DNA of 51,872 nucleotides, taken from an uncultured Candidatus Saccharibacteria bacterium. GTDB lineage: Bacteria; Patescibacteriota; Minisyncoccia; RBG-13-40-8-A; JAUWHN01. Each line of letters starts with the position of its first letter. The first letter of the stretch is position 1. This document shows, piece after piece, positions 44,066 to 51,872 of this stretch. The notes below the pieces were generated by a model, which searched no databases, was not told where the DNA came from, and worked only from the letters and a program-made list of their open reading frames with translations. The stretch is taken from NCBI GenBank assembly GCA_964449235.1, contig CAYVAX010000003.1, forward strand, positions 1 through 51,872, in the 5' to 3' direction. The translations under genes and the position numbers were made by a program.

Positions 44066-45244
44066 TTATAGCTCAATACTGTATAGCAGTCCATCCTGTT
44101 TGTTTATAAAGAAGAGGTAATCTTCTAATGGCGAAAGAAATAAATTTACAGCATCATAAGTTTCAGCTGCATCTTTTTCCCAGGGTTCTAACAGAATAGT
44201 TTTTTCTCCAGTTTCCAAGTTTATTTTCCAAAACTCATCATCGCTTACAAACGTTCCTTTATAAAAATCGTCGGGCAAAATATTTGCCTGATCTATATTT
44301 TTAGAAACAGCGCAGAAAACAGTACGATTATCTTGAGACCAGACACATTTTTCTGCAAATCCAGACATTGCCAAGCTAGTTTCATTGCTCCCGTTTTTTA
44401 GGGCTACATATAAACTGATACTATCTCCTCCTTTATTAGTTTTAGAATAAAGAAGCTTATCCCCCTGAGGAGACCATTTTACACTTAACCCATAAACGCC
44501 GGATAAAACCTTAGCAAGGCTTTTAGTCAAGGGATTAACTAAGAAAAAGGAGCTTTCAGTCAAGCCAGAAGGCTTTTCATAAAATGCTATTCCAGAAGGA
44601 GTCCAGTCTAAATTTACATTCTTCATTCTAACGTCTAAAATGTTTTGCCAGTTACTCCCATCAGGATTAGCAATGCTGATATTATTAGCATCACTATTAT
44701 CGTTAGTATATTGATAAGCAATCCTAGTTCCGTCTGGAGACCAAGCAATACTCTTGATGTGATCCCCAAAAGAAAATGTCTCTTTGCTGCTATAATCATA
44801 TATCTGTTTTTTCACAGCCCCTTGATTGTTTTGAGTAATAGTTATTACTTTACTTTTATCCGGAGACCAGATAATATCTTTTAGATTTTGAAGGTTAATT
44901 TCCGTTCTTAGAGTTAAACCTGAACCGTCAAAAGATGATTGCCAGACATTCCCGTTATACTGGCTGTAGTAAACGACTTTTGTTTGGTCAGCAGATAAAG
45001 TTGGTCCCAGTACTTTTTCCGTGCTAATAGCATTAAGTTTTAATTCTGGACTGGGAGCAGAAGTCTTCTCTTCTTGGCCGGGTTCAAATTCTCCTTGCTC
45101 GCCTTCGGGAAATTTTCCTTCTTTTCCTTCTTCCCCTTCTTTTCCCTGATGTTTGAAAATAAAATTGTAAACCAGCAAAGAGATTAATCCCAGAATAAGG
45201 ATGATTATTAAAATTATTAAGATTTTTTTAAGATAAGTGTTCAT
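44066..45244 (-). CDS. membrane-anchored TolB-like (PD40/WD40-like) beta-propeller protein
   Basis: 392 aa. N-terminal TM helix and a G/E/K-rich linker. Repeated WSPDKSKV, WSPDGTRIAY, WTPSG, WSPQGDKLLY and WSQDNRTVF blades. Confidence 0.65.
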   Translation of the reverse strand: MNTYLKKILIILIIILILGLISLLVYNFIFKHQGKEGEEGKEGKFPEGEQGEFEPGQEEKTSAPSPELKLNAISTEKVLGPTLSADQTKVVYYSQYNGNVWQSSFDGSGLTLRTEINLQNLKDIIWSPDKSKVITITQNNQGAVKKQIYDYSSKETFSFGDHIKSIAWSPDGTRIAYQYTNDNSDANNISIANPDGSNWQNILDVRMKNVNLDWTPSGIAFYEKPSGLTESSFFLVNPLTKSLAKVLSGVYGLSVKWSPQGDKLLYSKTNKGGDSISLYVALKNGSNETSLAMSGFAEKCVWSQDNRTVFCAVSKNIDQANILPDDFYKGTFVSDDEFWKINLETGEKTILLEPWEKDAAETYDAVNLFLSPLEDYLFFINKQDGLLYSIEL

Positions 45245-45264
45245 GTATAATAGTGATTAATATA

Positions 45265-45654
45265 TTACCAGGGCAAAGTTATCCCTAACTTTAATAAATC
45301 CGGGTTGATATAATGGAGGATTAGCCAGCTTCCCAGCAACAACAACAGCCCCAATAAAGCAGAAGTAATTCGTTCTTTTGCCTGAGCTGCTTTTTGCGGA
45401 TTCCCAGTAGCTGTAACTAGCTCAAATCCAGCAATGATCATTGCTAAAAATCCAGTTATACCTACAATTCCCAGGGAGAATATAAAGATGTATTTGATGA
45501 ATTGCGGCAATCCAAAGTCTTCATCTCCAGGCTTGCAATCTCCATGTTCGCAAGCAGGCAATTCTGGATAATCTTCAATTATGGTTTCATAAGCCTGAGC
45601 AGAGAAACCAACAAACAGGAGAAATAAAATGGTTATTATTAAAATCTTTTTCAT
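45265..45654 (-). CDS. T4SS pilin-like (VirB2/TrbC-type) small membrane protein
   Basis: 129 aa. A signal peptide, then two TM helices joined by the loop TATGNPQKAAQAKERI. This is the pattern of the pilin family common next to VirB4 in CPR and Gram-positive systems. Confidence 0.55.
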   Translation of the reverse strand: MKKILIITILFLLFVGFSAQAYETIIEDYPELPACEHGDCKPGDEDFGLPQFIKYIFIFSLGIVGITGFLAMIIAGFELVTATGNPQKAAQAKERITSALLGLLLLLGSWLILHYINPDLLKLGITLPW

Positions 45655-45665
45655 GTATATAGTTA

Positions 45666-46451
45666 TTAGTATATTTCTATATTTATCACTTTTTGAATTC
45701 GCTGATCCCGCTCTTGTTTATTAGTCGCACTCACTTTTAATTTTTCTTTAAGTGTTCCTTCTACCTCCTTATTAACAATCTTTAAGCCAAAAATATTTGC
45801 AGTTAAGGAAGATTCTTCAACTGATTTTTCTCCTAAGCTCCATTCAAATTCTAAATCTCGGACACTGTTAATATTAAAGAAGTATGGAATAGCTGAAAAA
45901 GAAAACTCTTTTTCAGATTGAACTTTAAAACTTTTAGCAGAAGCAAAGTATGGCAAATTAACTTCGGAATTATCTCGTTTGTAAATTACTAGTTCGGGAG
46001 CAGTAACTGGAATAGACATTGACCTTTCCAGATAAAATGAACGGCTTTCATTGAATATTTTTACAAGCACATCATGGGAAGCATGATTTCCTCTGCGAAT
46101 GTAGAATTGCAAGCGGTCTTGGCCGTATCCAGACTTAGCTTCTTGAAAAACATCATCTAAAAACCAGCTATATTTTAAGTTTTGAGAGTTTCCGCCAGTA
46201 ATATCTAGGTCCACTTCCACGATTATAGAGCTTCCTTTAACCGGCAATGCCCTCCCCTGATAGCCAAAGGGGACATAACTGTCTGCTGACCAATAGAGAT
46301 CAACACTATTTAAAGTAATATTTTCTTCACTGTCACTGGGATCTTGATAAATAGTTTCTTCAATAAGCGGGACACTCCCTAGTTGGCTCCAAAGAGCCAA
46401 AGGGACGGACAGGAAAAAGAAAATTGTAGTAATAAAAGCTATTTTCCTCAT
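45666..46451 (-). CDS. secreted hypothetical protein (two beta-rich repeats)
   Basis: 261 aa with a signal peptide. An internal repeat is hinted by YSWFLDD... and FEWSLGEK.... No family recognised. Confidence 0.45.
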   Translation of the reverse strand: MRKIAFITTIFFFLSVPLALWSQLGSVPLIEETIYQDPSDSEENITLNSVDLYWSADSYVPFGYQGRALPVKGSSIIVEVDLDITGGNSQNLKYSWFLDDVFQEAKSGYGQDRLQFYIRRGNHASHDVLVKIFNESRSFYLERSMSIPVTAPELVIYKRDNSEVNLPYFASAKSFKVQSEKEFSFSAIPYFFNINSVRDLEFEWSLGEKSVEESSLTANIFGLKIVNKEVEGTLKEKLKVSATNKQERDQRIQKVINIEIY

Positions 46452-46918
46452 TTTTTAAGTTTGCTTAATTTTTTAGTAATTCCTTTTTTTCGCACCTTCT
46501 TAGCTCCGTGAGCAATAGCGGCGCGACCAATTTTTTTTCTTCTCAGCCAGAGGTAGATGATATAAAGGGTCCAAAATCCAATCATTCCTATTGGAGAAAG
46601 CTCGCCAATAAAGGCAGCAAACAACACATACACAGGATCTCTTCGGGGATTAGGCAATTGCTGAAGTTTAATCTCGATAAATGCCCAAAGCCCCAGGAGC
46701 ATTGGAATATCAACAATGCGGGCAATAATTGCTCCAAAGCCAGTTAAGTCTAATAAGTCTACAATATCAACAATAATTGCAGCTAAAAGAACAATAATCC
46801 ACTCTGCTGTATTTATATTAAACTCTCTTTCTTTTGGCTTCGGAGCTGAACCCTTTTTTTTCTTATCCAAATTTCTTGCCTGGTTGAGTTCACTTTCAAA
46901 TTTCGTTTCTTTATTCAT
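46448..46918 (-). CDS. small polytopic membrane protein, hypothetical
   Basis: The ORF track starts at 47020. I prefer ATG 46918 (MNKETKFESE), which overlaps the VirB4 stop by 8 nt. That gives 156 aa with 3-4 TM helices and a basic tail. Confidence 0.45.
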   Translation of the reverse strand: MNKETKFESELNQARNLDKKKKGSAPKPKEREFNINTAEWIIVLLAAIIVDIVDLLDLTGFGAIIARIVDIPMLLGLWAFIEIKLQQLPNPRRDPVYVLFAAFIGELSPIGMIGFWTLYIIYLWLRRKKIGRAAIAHGAKKVRKKGITKKLSKLKK

Positions 46919-48728
46919 GATTATTACTTTCAGCTTTAGCGAATTCTTGTTTAGCTTTTTCAATTTCAAGTAATTGTTCAGGGTTGGAAGTAATAATTTG
47001 GTCTTCAGTATAGGAAGCAACTACTTTAATAGCAACATGCTTAAGTCCGGCAAAAAAGATTCCTTCTCCTACTTCTGATTCTAATAATAAATATTTTTCT
47101 TCATCAGTTAAATTAAAAGTTTTTTTAACAACATCAATAGTTGCCGGCGATTGTTTAAATAATACTTGCATGGAAGAATTAGTAACAATCGGCTTTCCAT
47201 AAGGAGATTGCATAAAATCAGGGATATCTTGGGTAATTGTAGTTAGGCCTAAATAATATTTTCGGCAGCGTTTGGCAATTCCGTGAAGAAAAGAAGCTCC
47301 AGATTCATATTTCATTAACCACCAGGCTTCGTCAACGATCAATAAGCGTTTTTTAAGTTCAGAGCGGATCAGGTTCCAGATATAATGGAGGATTAAATAC
47401 ATTGCTACTGGTCGCAATTCTTCTTCCATGTCTCTAATACTGAACACCACCAATTTCTTGCCTGTAATATCAATATTTGTAGGCCTGTTAAGAAATCCTG
47501 AAAAACTTCCTTCAGTATACTTGCCTAGCTTCTTAGCCATTGATTCTCCTCCCTCCATTCCTTCTAAAATTGTTTTCAAGTCTGAAAGCAAAGGAGGGGT
47601 AACCTTGCTGAAATCAGCATCAGGAGTAATATCCCGGGAAGCATAAGTTTCAGTTAGGGCTTTGTCTAAAATGGATTCTTCTTCAGCAGTTAATTCTCCA
47701 AAAATAATTTTTAAGAGTCCAGTAAGCTCAATAATGTTTCCGCGCAAAATATCTTCAGGAGACTCTTCTGGGCCGGGCCTAGTTAAGTCAAAGGGGTTAA
47801 TATGGTCAGGAGAGTTTAAAGATATTTTAAAATGTCCTCCGCCAACTGTTTCTGATAAATATTGGTATTCATTTTCAGGATCAATAGCAATTACATCTGT
47901 TCCAAACATTAATGAGCGAAGAATTTCTACTTTTTGAAAATAGCTTTTACCTGAGCCAGCTTTTCCAAAAACACAACAATTAGCATTTTCTAAAGAAAAT
48001 CTATCAAACAAAATTAAGCTGTTGTTATGACGATTAATTCCGTAAAGAATCCCCTTATTAGAACTTAAGCTCGAAGAGACAAACGGAAAAGAAGTAGAAA
48101 GAGGAGCGGAATTCATAGAGTTGGTGACAAACAGTTTATCTTCTCCTAGTGGAAAAGTGGAACTTAGGCCGTCGGCTTGCTGGAAAAGAGCTACTTTTGT
48201 ATTAATCATTCGAGCGTCAAGCATGGAAGTAATTTCATCTTCTGTTTCATCAACTTCTTTAAGGGATTCTCCATAGATTGTGATATATAAAGAGTATTTG
48301 AAAAATTTTTCTGTTCCCTGGATTAATTTGTCTCGCAGGGACTCAATATCATTACGCGCAGTTTCCAGCATTGGATTTCGCACTTTCCCTTTTTCCTGCT
48401 CTACAGCAATTTGAGATTCAATTTGAGTAAGCTTTTTCTTTAATTTTTTTAATAATGCTCCTGTATCTGTAGGATGAATGAACATTGAAATATCTACAGA
48501 TTTAGGGAAATTAATAATCGGGCTTAACCAATTAACATTAAGATAACGCGGATAATTGACAATGAATAAAGTGCGAGCAAATTTCTTTCCTAGTTGTATG
48601 TTATTTGAAGAAATTTTAAGAGCAGAAGGAGCAATAACATTGTGCAATCCTGCTGGGCCAGTAGTTATTTGAGCTTCTTCAACATTTTCTAATTTGGAGT
48701 TATTTTTTTTATGTTTTGACAAAGGCAT
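46911..48728 (-). CDS. VirB4/TraE-type conjugation/secretion ATPase (lacking the first ~200 aa of full-length homologues)
   Basis: 605 aa. IAPSALKISSNNIQLGKKFARTLFIVNYPRYLNVNWLSPII is typical of Gram-positive VirB4. Walker A GKAGSGKSY, Walker B LLIVDEAWW. Confidence 0.85.
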   Translation of the reverse strand: MPLSKHKKNNSKLENVEEAQITTGPAGLHNVIAPSALKISSNNIQLGKKFARTLFIVNYPRYLNVNWLSPIINFPKSVDISMFIHPTDTGALLKKLKKKLTQIESQIAVEQEKGKVRNPMLETARNDIESLRDKLIQGTEKFFKYSLYITIYGESLKEVDETEDEITSMLDARMINTKVALFQQADGLSSTFPLGEDKLFVTNSMNSAPLSTSFPFVSSSLSSNKGILYGINRHNNSLILFDRFSLENANCCVFGKAGSGKSYFQKVEILRSLMFGTDVIAIDPENEYQYLSETVGGGHFKISLNSPDHINPFDLTRPGPEESPEDILRGNIIELTGLLKIIFGELTAEEESILDKALTETYASRDITPDADFSKVTPPLLSDLKTILEGMEGGESMAKKLGKYTEGSFSGFLNRPTNIDITGKKLVVFSIRDMEEELRPVAMYLILHYIWNLIRSELKKRLLIVDEAWWLMKYESGASFLHGIAKRCRKYYLGLTTITQDIPDFMQSPYGKPIVTNSSMQVLFKQSPATIDVVKKTFNLTDEEKYLLLESEVGEGIFFAGLKHVAIKVVASYTEDQIITSNPEQLLEIEKAKQEFAKAESNNHE

Positions 48729-48733
48729 AAAAT

Positions 48734-49363
48734 TTAATTGCTGGGGTTATAGAATTCGTAAAATAATCGAGTTATCTGTTTGTTATTTAAAAGAGTAGTT
48801 TTAATTCCCAAGCTTTTCAATCCCGTACTTACATGACTTACTCTTTGCATTAACTGGTCTTTGTATTGCTTGAATTTTTCTTGAGAAATTCCGGGTTCAG
48901 TTTTTTTAGACTTTATTAACGGTTGAATAACTTGCTTGATTTTGTCAGTAATTTTTTCCTGTTTAATTCCCGTAGGATTATATGAAAGGACGATATAAAA
49001 AGATTTATTCATAATATCTGTAAGCTCAACAAAGCGTTCAATAAAGTCAATATATTCCAAAGTTTGAGCGTGAAGAAGTTCGTTTTCCTGAACTTTAGCT
49101 AATTGCCGGATTTGCTCTAGATAACTGTCAATGTTTAATGCCCGGGAACTAACTAAAATTTGAATTGGAAAATCCAAAGAGTTAAGAAAACTCTGAAAAC
49201 GGCCGATAATTGCTTTTTGCTCATCAGCACTTTTAAGTTCGAAATTAACACTGGAAGCAATGCTTATTGCTTTTAAGCCGCCATTTTTTAAAATAGCGAT
49301 ATTATCTTTAATTTCTTTAACTTCAACAAATTTTTGACTGGGAGTAACAGATTTAATATCCAT
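48734..49363 (-). CDS. protein resembling the extreme N-terminal region of Gram-positive-type VirB4
   Basis: 209 aa. VEVKEIKDNIAILKNGGLKAISIASSVNFELKSADEQKAIIGRFQSFLNSLDFPIQILV resembles the N-terminus of Tn916 Orf16/ConE-like VirB4 proteins as remembered. It ends 5 nt before the ATPase ORF. Confidence 0.45.
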   Translation of the reverse strand: MDIKSVTPSQKFVEVKEIKDNIAILKNGGLKAISIASSVNFELKSADEQKAIIGRFQSFLNSLDFPIQILVSSRALNIDSYLEQIRQLAKVQENELLHAQTLEYIDFIERFVELTDIMNKSFYIVLSYNPTGIKQEKITDKIKQVIQPLIKSKKTEPGISQEKFKQYKDQLMQRVSHVSTGLKSLGIKTTLLNNKQITRLFYEFYNPSN

Positions 49364-49380
49364 AAGTAATATTTATTTGA

Positions 49381-49788
49381 TTATAGCCCTGTTTTCCATT
49401 GAACTTCTTCGAGCTCATTTGCCTTGGGGGCCTTTTCTGCAGATTCTGATTTTTCTGGCTCTGCCTTTTTAATTATTTGAGGTATTGGTTCCTGCTCAGG
49501 TGTTTTAGGACGTTTCTTTTTCCAGGCGTAAACATTGGGCTTGGTTATAAATCCAAAAACATTAAGAATCATTTGTCCAAATGATTGGTGATTTACTCTA
49601 TAAAAAGCAATTAAAACAGTGATTAAAGCAACTGGAATTGCTACTAAGATAAATACAGCTGTTTTTAAAATTTCAAAGAGGATAAAAAGGATTACTCCCC
49701 CAATAAGCAAAACAATGAATTGTTTTAAAGTAAAAGGGCCAATAACCTTATCTTTAATATCCAAATATTGTGGAACCTGAAATTGCAT
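49381..49788 (-). CDS. PrgI/VirB3-like two-TM protein
   Basis: 135 aa. MQFQVPQYLDIKDKVIGPFTLKQFIVLLIGGVILF followed by a second TM helix. It sits in the classical position upstream of VirB4. Confidence 0.55.
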   Translation of the reverse strand: MQFQVPQYLDIKDKVIGPFTLKQFIVLLIGGVILFILFEILKTAVFILVAIPVALITVLIAFYRVNHQSFGQMILNVFGFITKPNVYAWKKKRPKTPEQEPIPQIIKKAEPEKSESAEKAPKANELEEVQWKTGL

Positions 49789-49811
49789 TATCTATTGTCT
49801 TTTTTAAATAA

Positions 49812-50927
49812 TTATTCTTTATCTGACAAATCAATTACATTGTCCTTGCGAGTTTTTGGCTTTGGTGCTTCAGGAATAGGCCTTTTCTTTGCTTTCTCAA
49901 TGTCCTCTTTCATTGTTCTTATTTCATGAGGGGGGATTTTAGCTGTTTTAGGCTTGGCCTCGGGTTCAGGTTCAGGTGCAGGTTTTTGTTTAGGTTGTGA
50001 TTTTTTAACGGGCTCGGTTTTAATCTTTTCTTTTTTAGGCAAAGAAGGGTGAAGCTCTCGTTCTTTCTCATATGGAGATATTTTTTTTCTCCAGGGAGAA
50101 AAGAAATCCGGTTTTTCTTTGTTTGTTTTTGATTTTTTTTCTGGAATCTCTTTTTCTTTTTTTTGCTCTTCTTTTTCTTTCTCCTTTTTTTTAGTTATTT
50201 CCTCTAATTTCTTTTGATCCTTTTTCTTTTCTTGCCTGGCCGGAAGCTTTATTTTTTTCTTTCCCTCCTCTTCAGGCAAAGGCACTCCCAGGCCTTTAAA
50301 ATATTCTTTTAAACTGACTTCGCTTACATTCAAATATGGCAATGGAGGGCTGATTTTTATGTAATCATAAAAGGTCAATAAAGAAGAAAGAAATCTTTTT
50401 TCTTTTTCATCAATATCTGCTGAGCTTTTGCTGATGAATTTAGTTCTTTCAAGGCTGCTGTTTTTTCTTGCTCCGAATTGGTTGTCATAATCATTAAGCC
50501 ATTGGCTGACTGTTTTTTTATCGATTTTTTCCTGGTTTTCTTTAAGGCGGGTAATAACTTCTCTTCGGAATTGATCCCAGGTGAATACAGATTTAACTGC
50601 TAAATAATCCTTTGTTTTTTGTTCAACATCTATTCCTTTTTTAAGTGCTTTTAAATAATGGCTTTGGATTAATTGTAATAACTGTTCGTCAGTTAAATAG
50701 GGAATAGCAGTGAATTTTAATTGTGCAATAATTCTTTGATATTGCTTATATATCTCCGGAGAAGAATCAATTAAACTTCGAGTTTGCCGTTCTATTTTTT
50801 TAACCAAACTCCAAGCAGAAGACATTTGATTATGAATAGCAATGTCATTAGCGATTGCCTTAATTTTTTCCAATATCCCCGAATCGCTTAATTGCTCGGA
50901 AGTTAATTGTGCGATTTTGATAGTCAT
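49812..50927 (-). CDS. hypothetical protein with K/E/P-rich low-complexity C-terminal half
   Basis: 371 aa. An N-terminal ~220-aa globular part is followed by KKKDQKKLEEITKKKEKEKEEQKKEKE...PAPEPEPEAKPK. No family recognised. Confidence 0.45.
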   Translation of the reverse strand: MTIKIAQLTSEQLSDSGILEKIKAIANDIAIHNQMSSAWSLVKKIERQTRSLIDSSPEIYKQYQRIIAQLKFTAIPYLTDEQLLQLIQSHYLKALKKGIDVEQKTKDYLAVKSVFTWDQFRREVITRLKENQEKIDKKTVSQWLNDYDNQFGARKNSSLERTKFISKSSADIDEKEKRFLSSLLTFYDYIKISPPLPYLNVSEVSLKEYFKGLGVPLPEEEGKKKIKLPARQEKKKDQKKLEEITKKKEKEKEEQKKEKEIPEKKSKTNKEKPDFFSPWRKKISPYEKERELHPSLPKKEKIKTEPVKKSQPKQKPAPEPEPEAKPKTAKIPPHEIRTMKEDIEKAKKRPIPEAPKPKTRKDNVIDLSDKE

Positions 50928-50948
50928 TTTTAATTAAGTTATTTAAGT

Positions 50949-51872
50949 TTAACCAAATTCTCCTGGTTTGTGTTTTTTTCTGGATTCTTTAAATTCTTTT
51001 TCGCTGGGCTCGGTTATGACCTTAGTTTCTGATTTACCTCCCCCTTTGCCAGTAAGAGATTTTTTAATTTCTCCAATCCATTGTTGAGCAATATTTGCCT
51101 GTCCAGGATCCTTACCCCTCACTTCATCAATTGCTTGTTGAATTTGATTTTCTCCTTCAATGAGGCGTTTTTTGTTAAACGTAGACATGTTTTCTACTAC
51201 CTGCTTAACATCTTCTCTTTCTAAGTTTTGAAGGATTGTTTTAAAGGAATTAGACACTTGCACTGGCTTGCCATTACGTTCATTAAAGAAAATTCGAGGA
51301 TGCATTGTTTTCCATCTTGCTTCCGGGCTAGTCTTCATTATTTTCTCTCCTCCTTTTTCCCCAAGCCTAGACTCTAAAGTCCAATTCATCATTTTTTTCT
51401 GAGGGTCATAACTTACCAAGTCACTGTATTGAGGAAGCCCAGCAGCCTTAGCAGCGTTTCCAAATCTGGCTGCAAAACTAATTGCCTCTTTTTCGTCGGA
51501 AATGGAGTTTTTAATAAATTGTTGTGCAGCTTTCGGGCTGGTCTCGTGTTTGTATTTTGCTCCCAATTCTGTATCTTCAAAGATCCCGTTCTCGTCAGCT
51601 CGAGATGCTAATTCTAGCATCCCGGCTTTAAGTTTGTCCATATTATTTGATTTTCGAGCAGCTTTTACTTGATCAACTAAAGCATCTTTGCCAAGATCCT
51701 GCTTTCTTAAATTTGACCTTTCTTTATCAACGGCAAAATCATGAGCGCGTTGCTCATAAAAAGTTTTATCTTTTCCCAAGCTTAGATATTTATTGAACCT
51801 ATCCCGCCAAGCACCAATAGCAGGTTCGTAAGCTTTTCGTTCTTTTTCTTCCCTTCTTTGTTTCCAGGCCTG
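50949..51872 (-). CDS. hypothetical protein, 5'-partial (runs off the window)
   Basis: The ORF track begins at TTG 51779. The frame stays open upstream to position 51872 (QAWKQRREEKERKAYEPAIGAWRDRFNKYLS...), so the true start is probably outside the window. No family recognised. Confidence 0.45.
   Translation of the reverse strand, partial: QAWKQRREEKERKAYEPAIGAWRDRFNKYLSLGKDKTFYEQRAHDFAVDKERSNLRKQDLGKDALVDQVKAARKSNNMDKLKAGMLELASRADENGIFEDTELGAKYKHETSPKAAQQFIKNSISDEKEAISFAARFGNAAKAAGLPQYSDLVSYDPQKKMMNWTLESRLGEKGGEKIMKTSPEARWKTMHPRIFFNERNGKPVQVSNSFKTILQNLEREDVKQVVENMSTFNKKRLIEGENQIQQAIDEVRGKDPGQANIAQQWIGEIKKSLTGKGGGKSETKVITEPSEKEFKESRKKHKPGEFG

Noticed and set aside
46919-47020. Upstream extension of the 190-aa membrane ORF
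   Set aside because: It runs inside the VirB4 coding region in another frame. ATG 46918 gives a short 8-nt overlap typical of this operon.
44066-51872. Integrative conjugative element or plasmid-derived island
   Set aside because: No relaxase, coupling protein, integrase/recombinase, replication gene or flanking direct repeats are visible in the window. The composition looks like the rest of the sequence. I keep it as a chromosomal VirB4-type apparatus, but the upstream end is not in the window.
1-51872. Alternative genetic code (UGA recoding as in some CPR lineages)
   Set aside because: TGA terminates several ORFs at the expected protein length, for example the opine-dehydrogenase-family gene at 8132-8134 and the LAGLIDADG gene at 2819-2821. 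Conserved proteins are full length under code 11. The single in-frame stop in polA is TAA, not TGA.

Overview
AT-rich, tightly packed bacterial chromosomal segment using the standard code (TGA, TAA and TAG all act as stops). It reads like a reduced CPR/Patescibacteria-type genome, but that is inference from gene content only. It carries the classical origin-proximal block, dnaN-dnaA on the minus strand diverging from rpmH-rnpA-yidD-yidC-jag on the plus strand. Other housekeeping genes are ruvA, ruvB, ruvC, yebC, polA in two pieces, mutM, holA, rpsT, tsaE, tyrS, a class A PBP, Mur-ligase/FemAB genes and an archease-rtcB module. I saw no rRNA, tRNA, CRISPR array, transposase or integrase. Five things stand out. 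(1) A 1213-aa single-chain fusion of glutamate-mutase-like S, E and L modules is translationally coupled to an opine-dehydrogenase-family gene (7055-11772). (2) A four-gene operon encodes a 7-TM protein and three different ATP-grasp amidoligases, one of them fused to a retropepsin-like domain (27491-32007). (3) A minimal VirB2/VirB3/VirB4-like secretion or pilus cluster has its VirB4 split into two ORFs (44066-51872, running off the window). (4) There are two LAGLIDADG elements: a 441-aa intein in the RuvB P-loop and a free-standing endonuclease gene wedged between archease and rtcB. (5) A promoter, a roughly 220-nt structured leader and a terminator lie upstream of tyrS, followed by a perfect tandem palindrome. 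polA is interrupted by a single in-frame TAA exactly at a domain boundary. All family assignments come from motifs read by eye and remembered family signatures. No searches were run.
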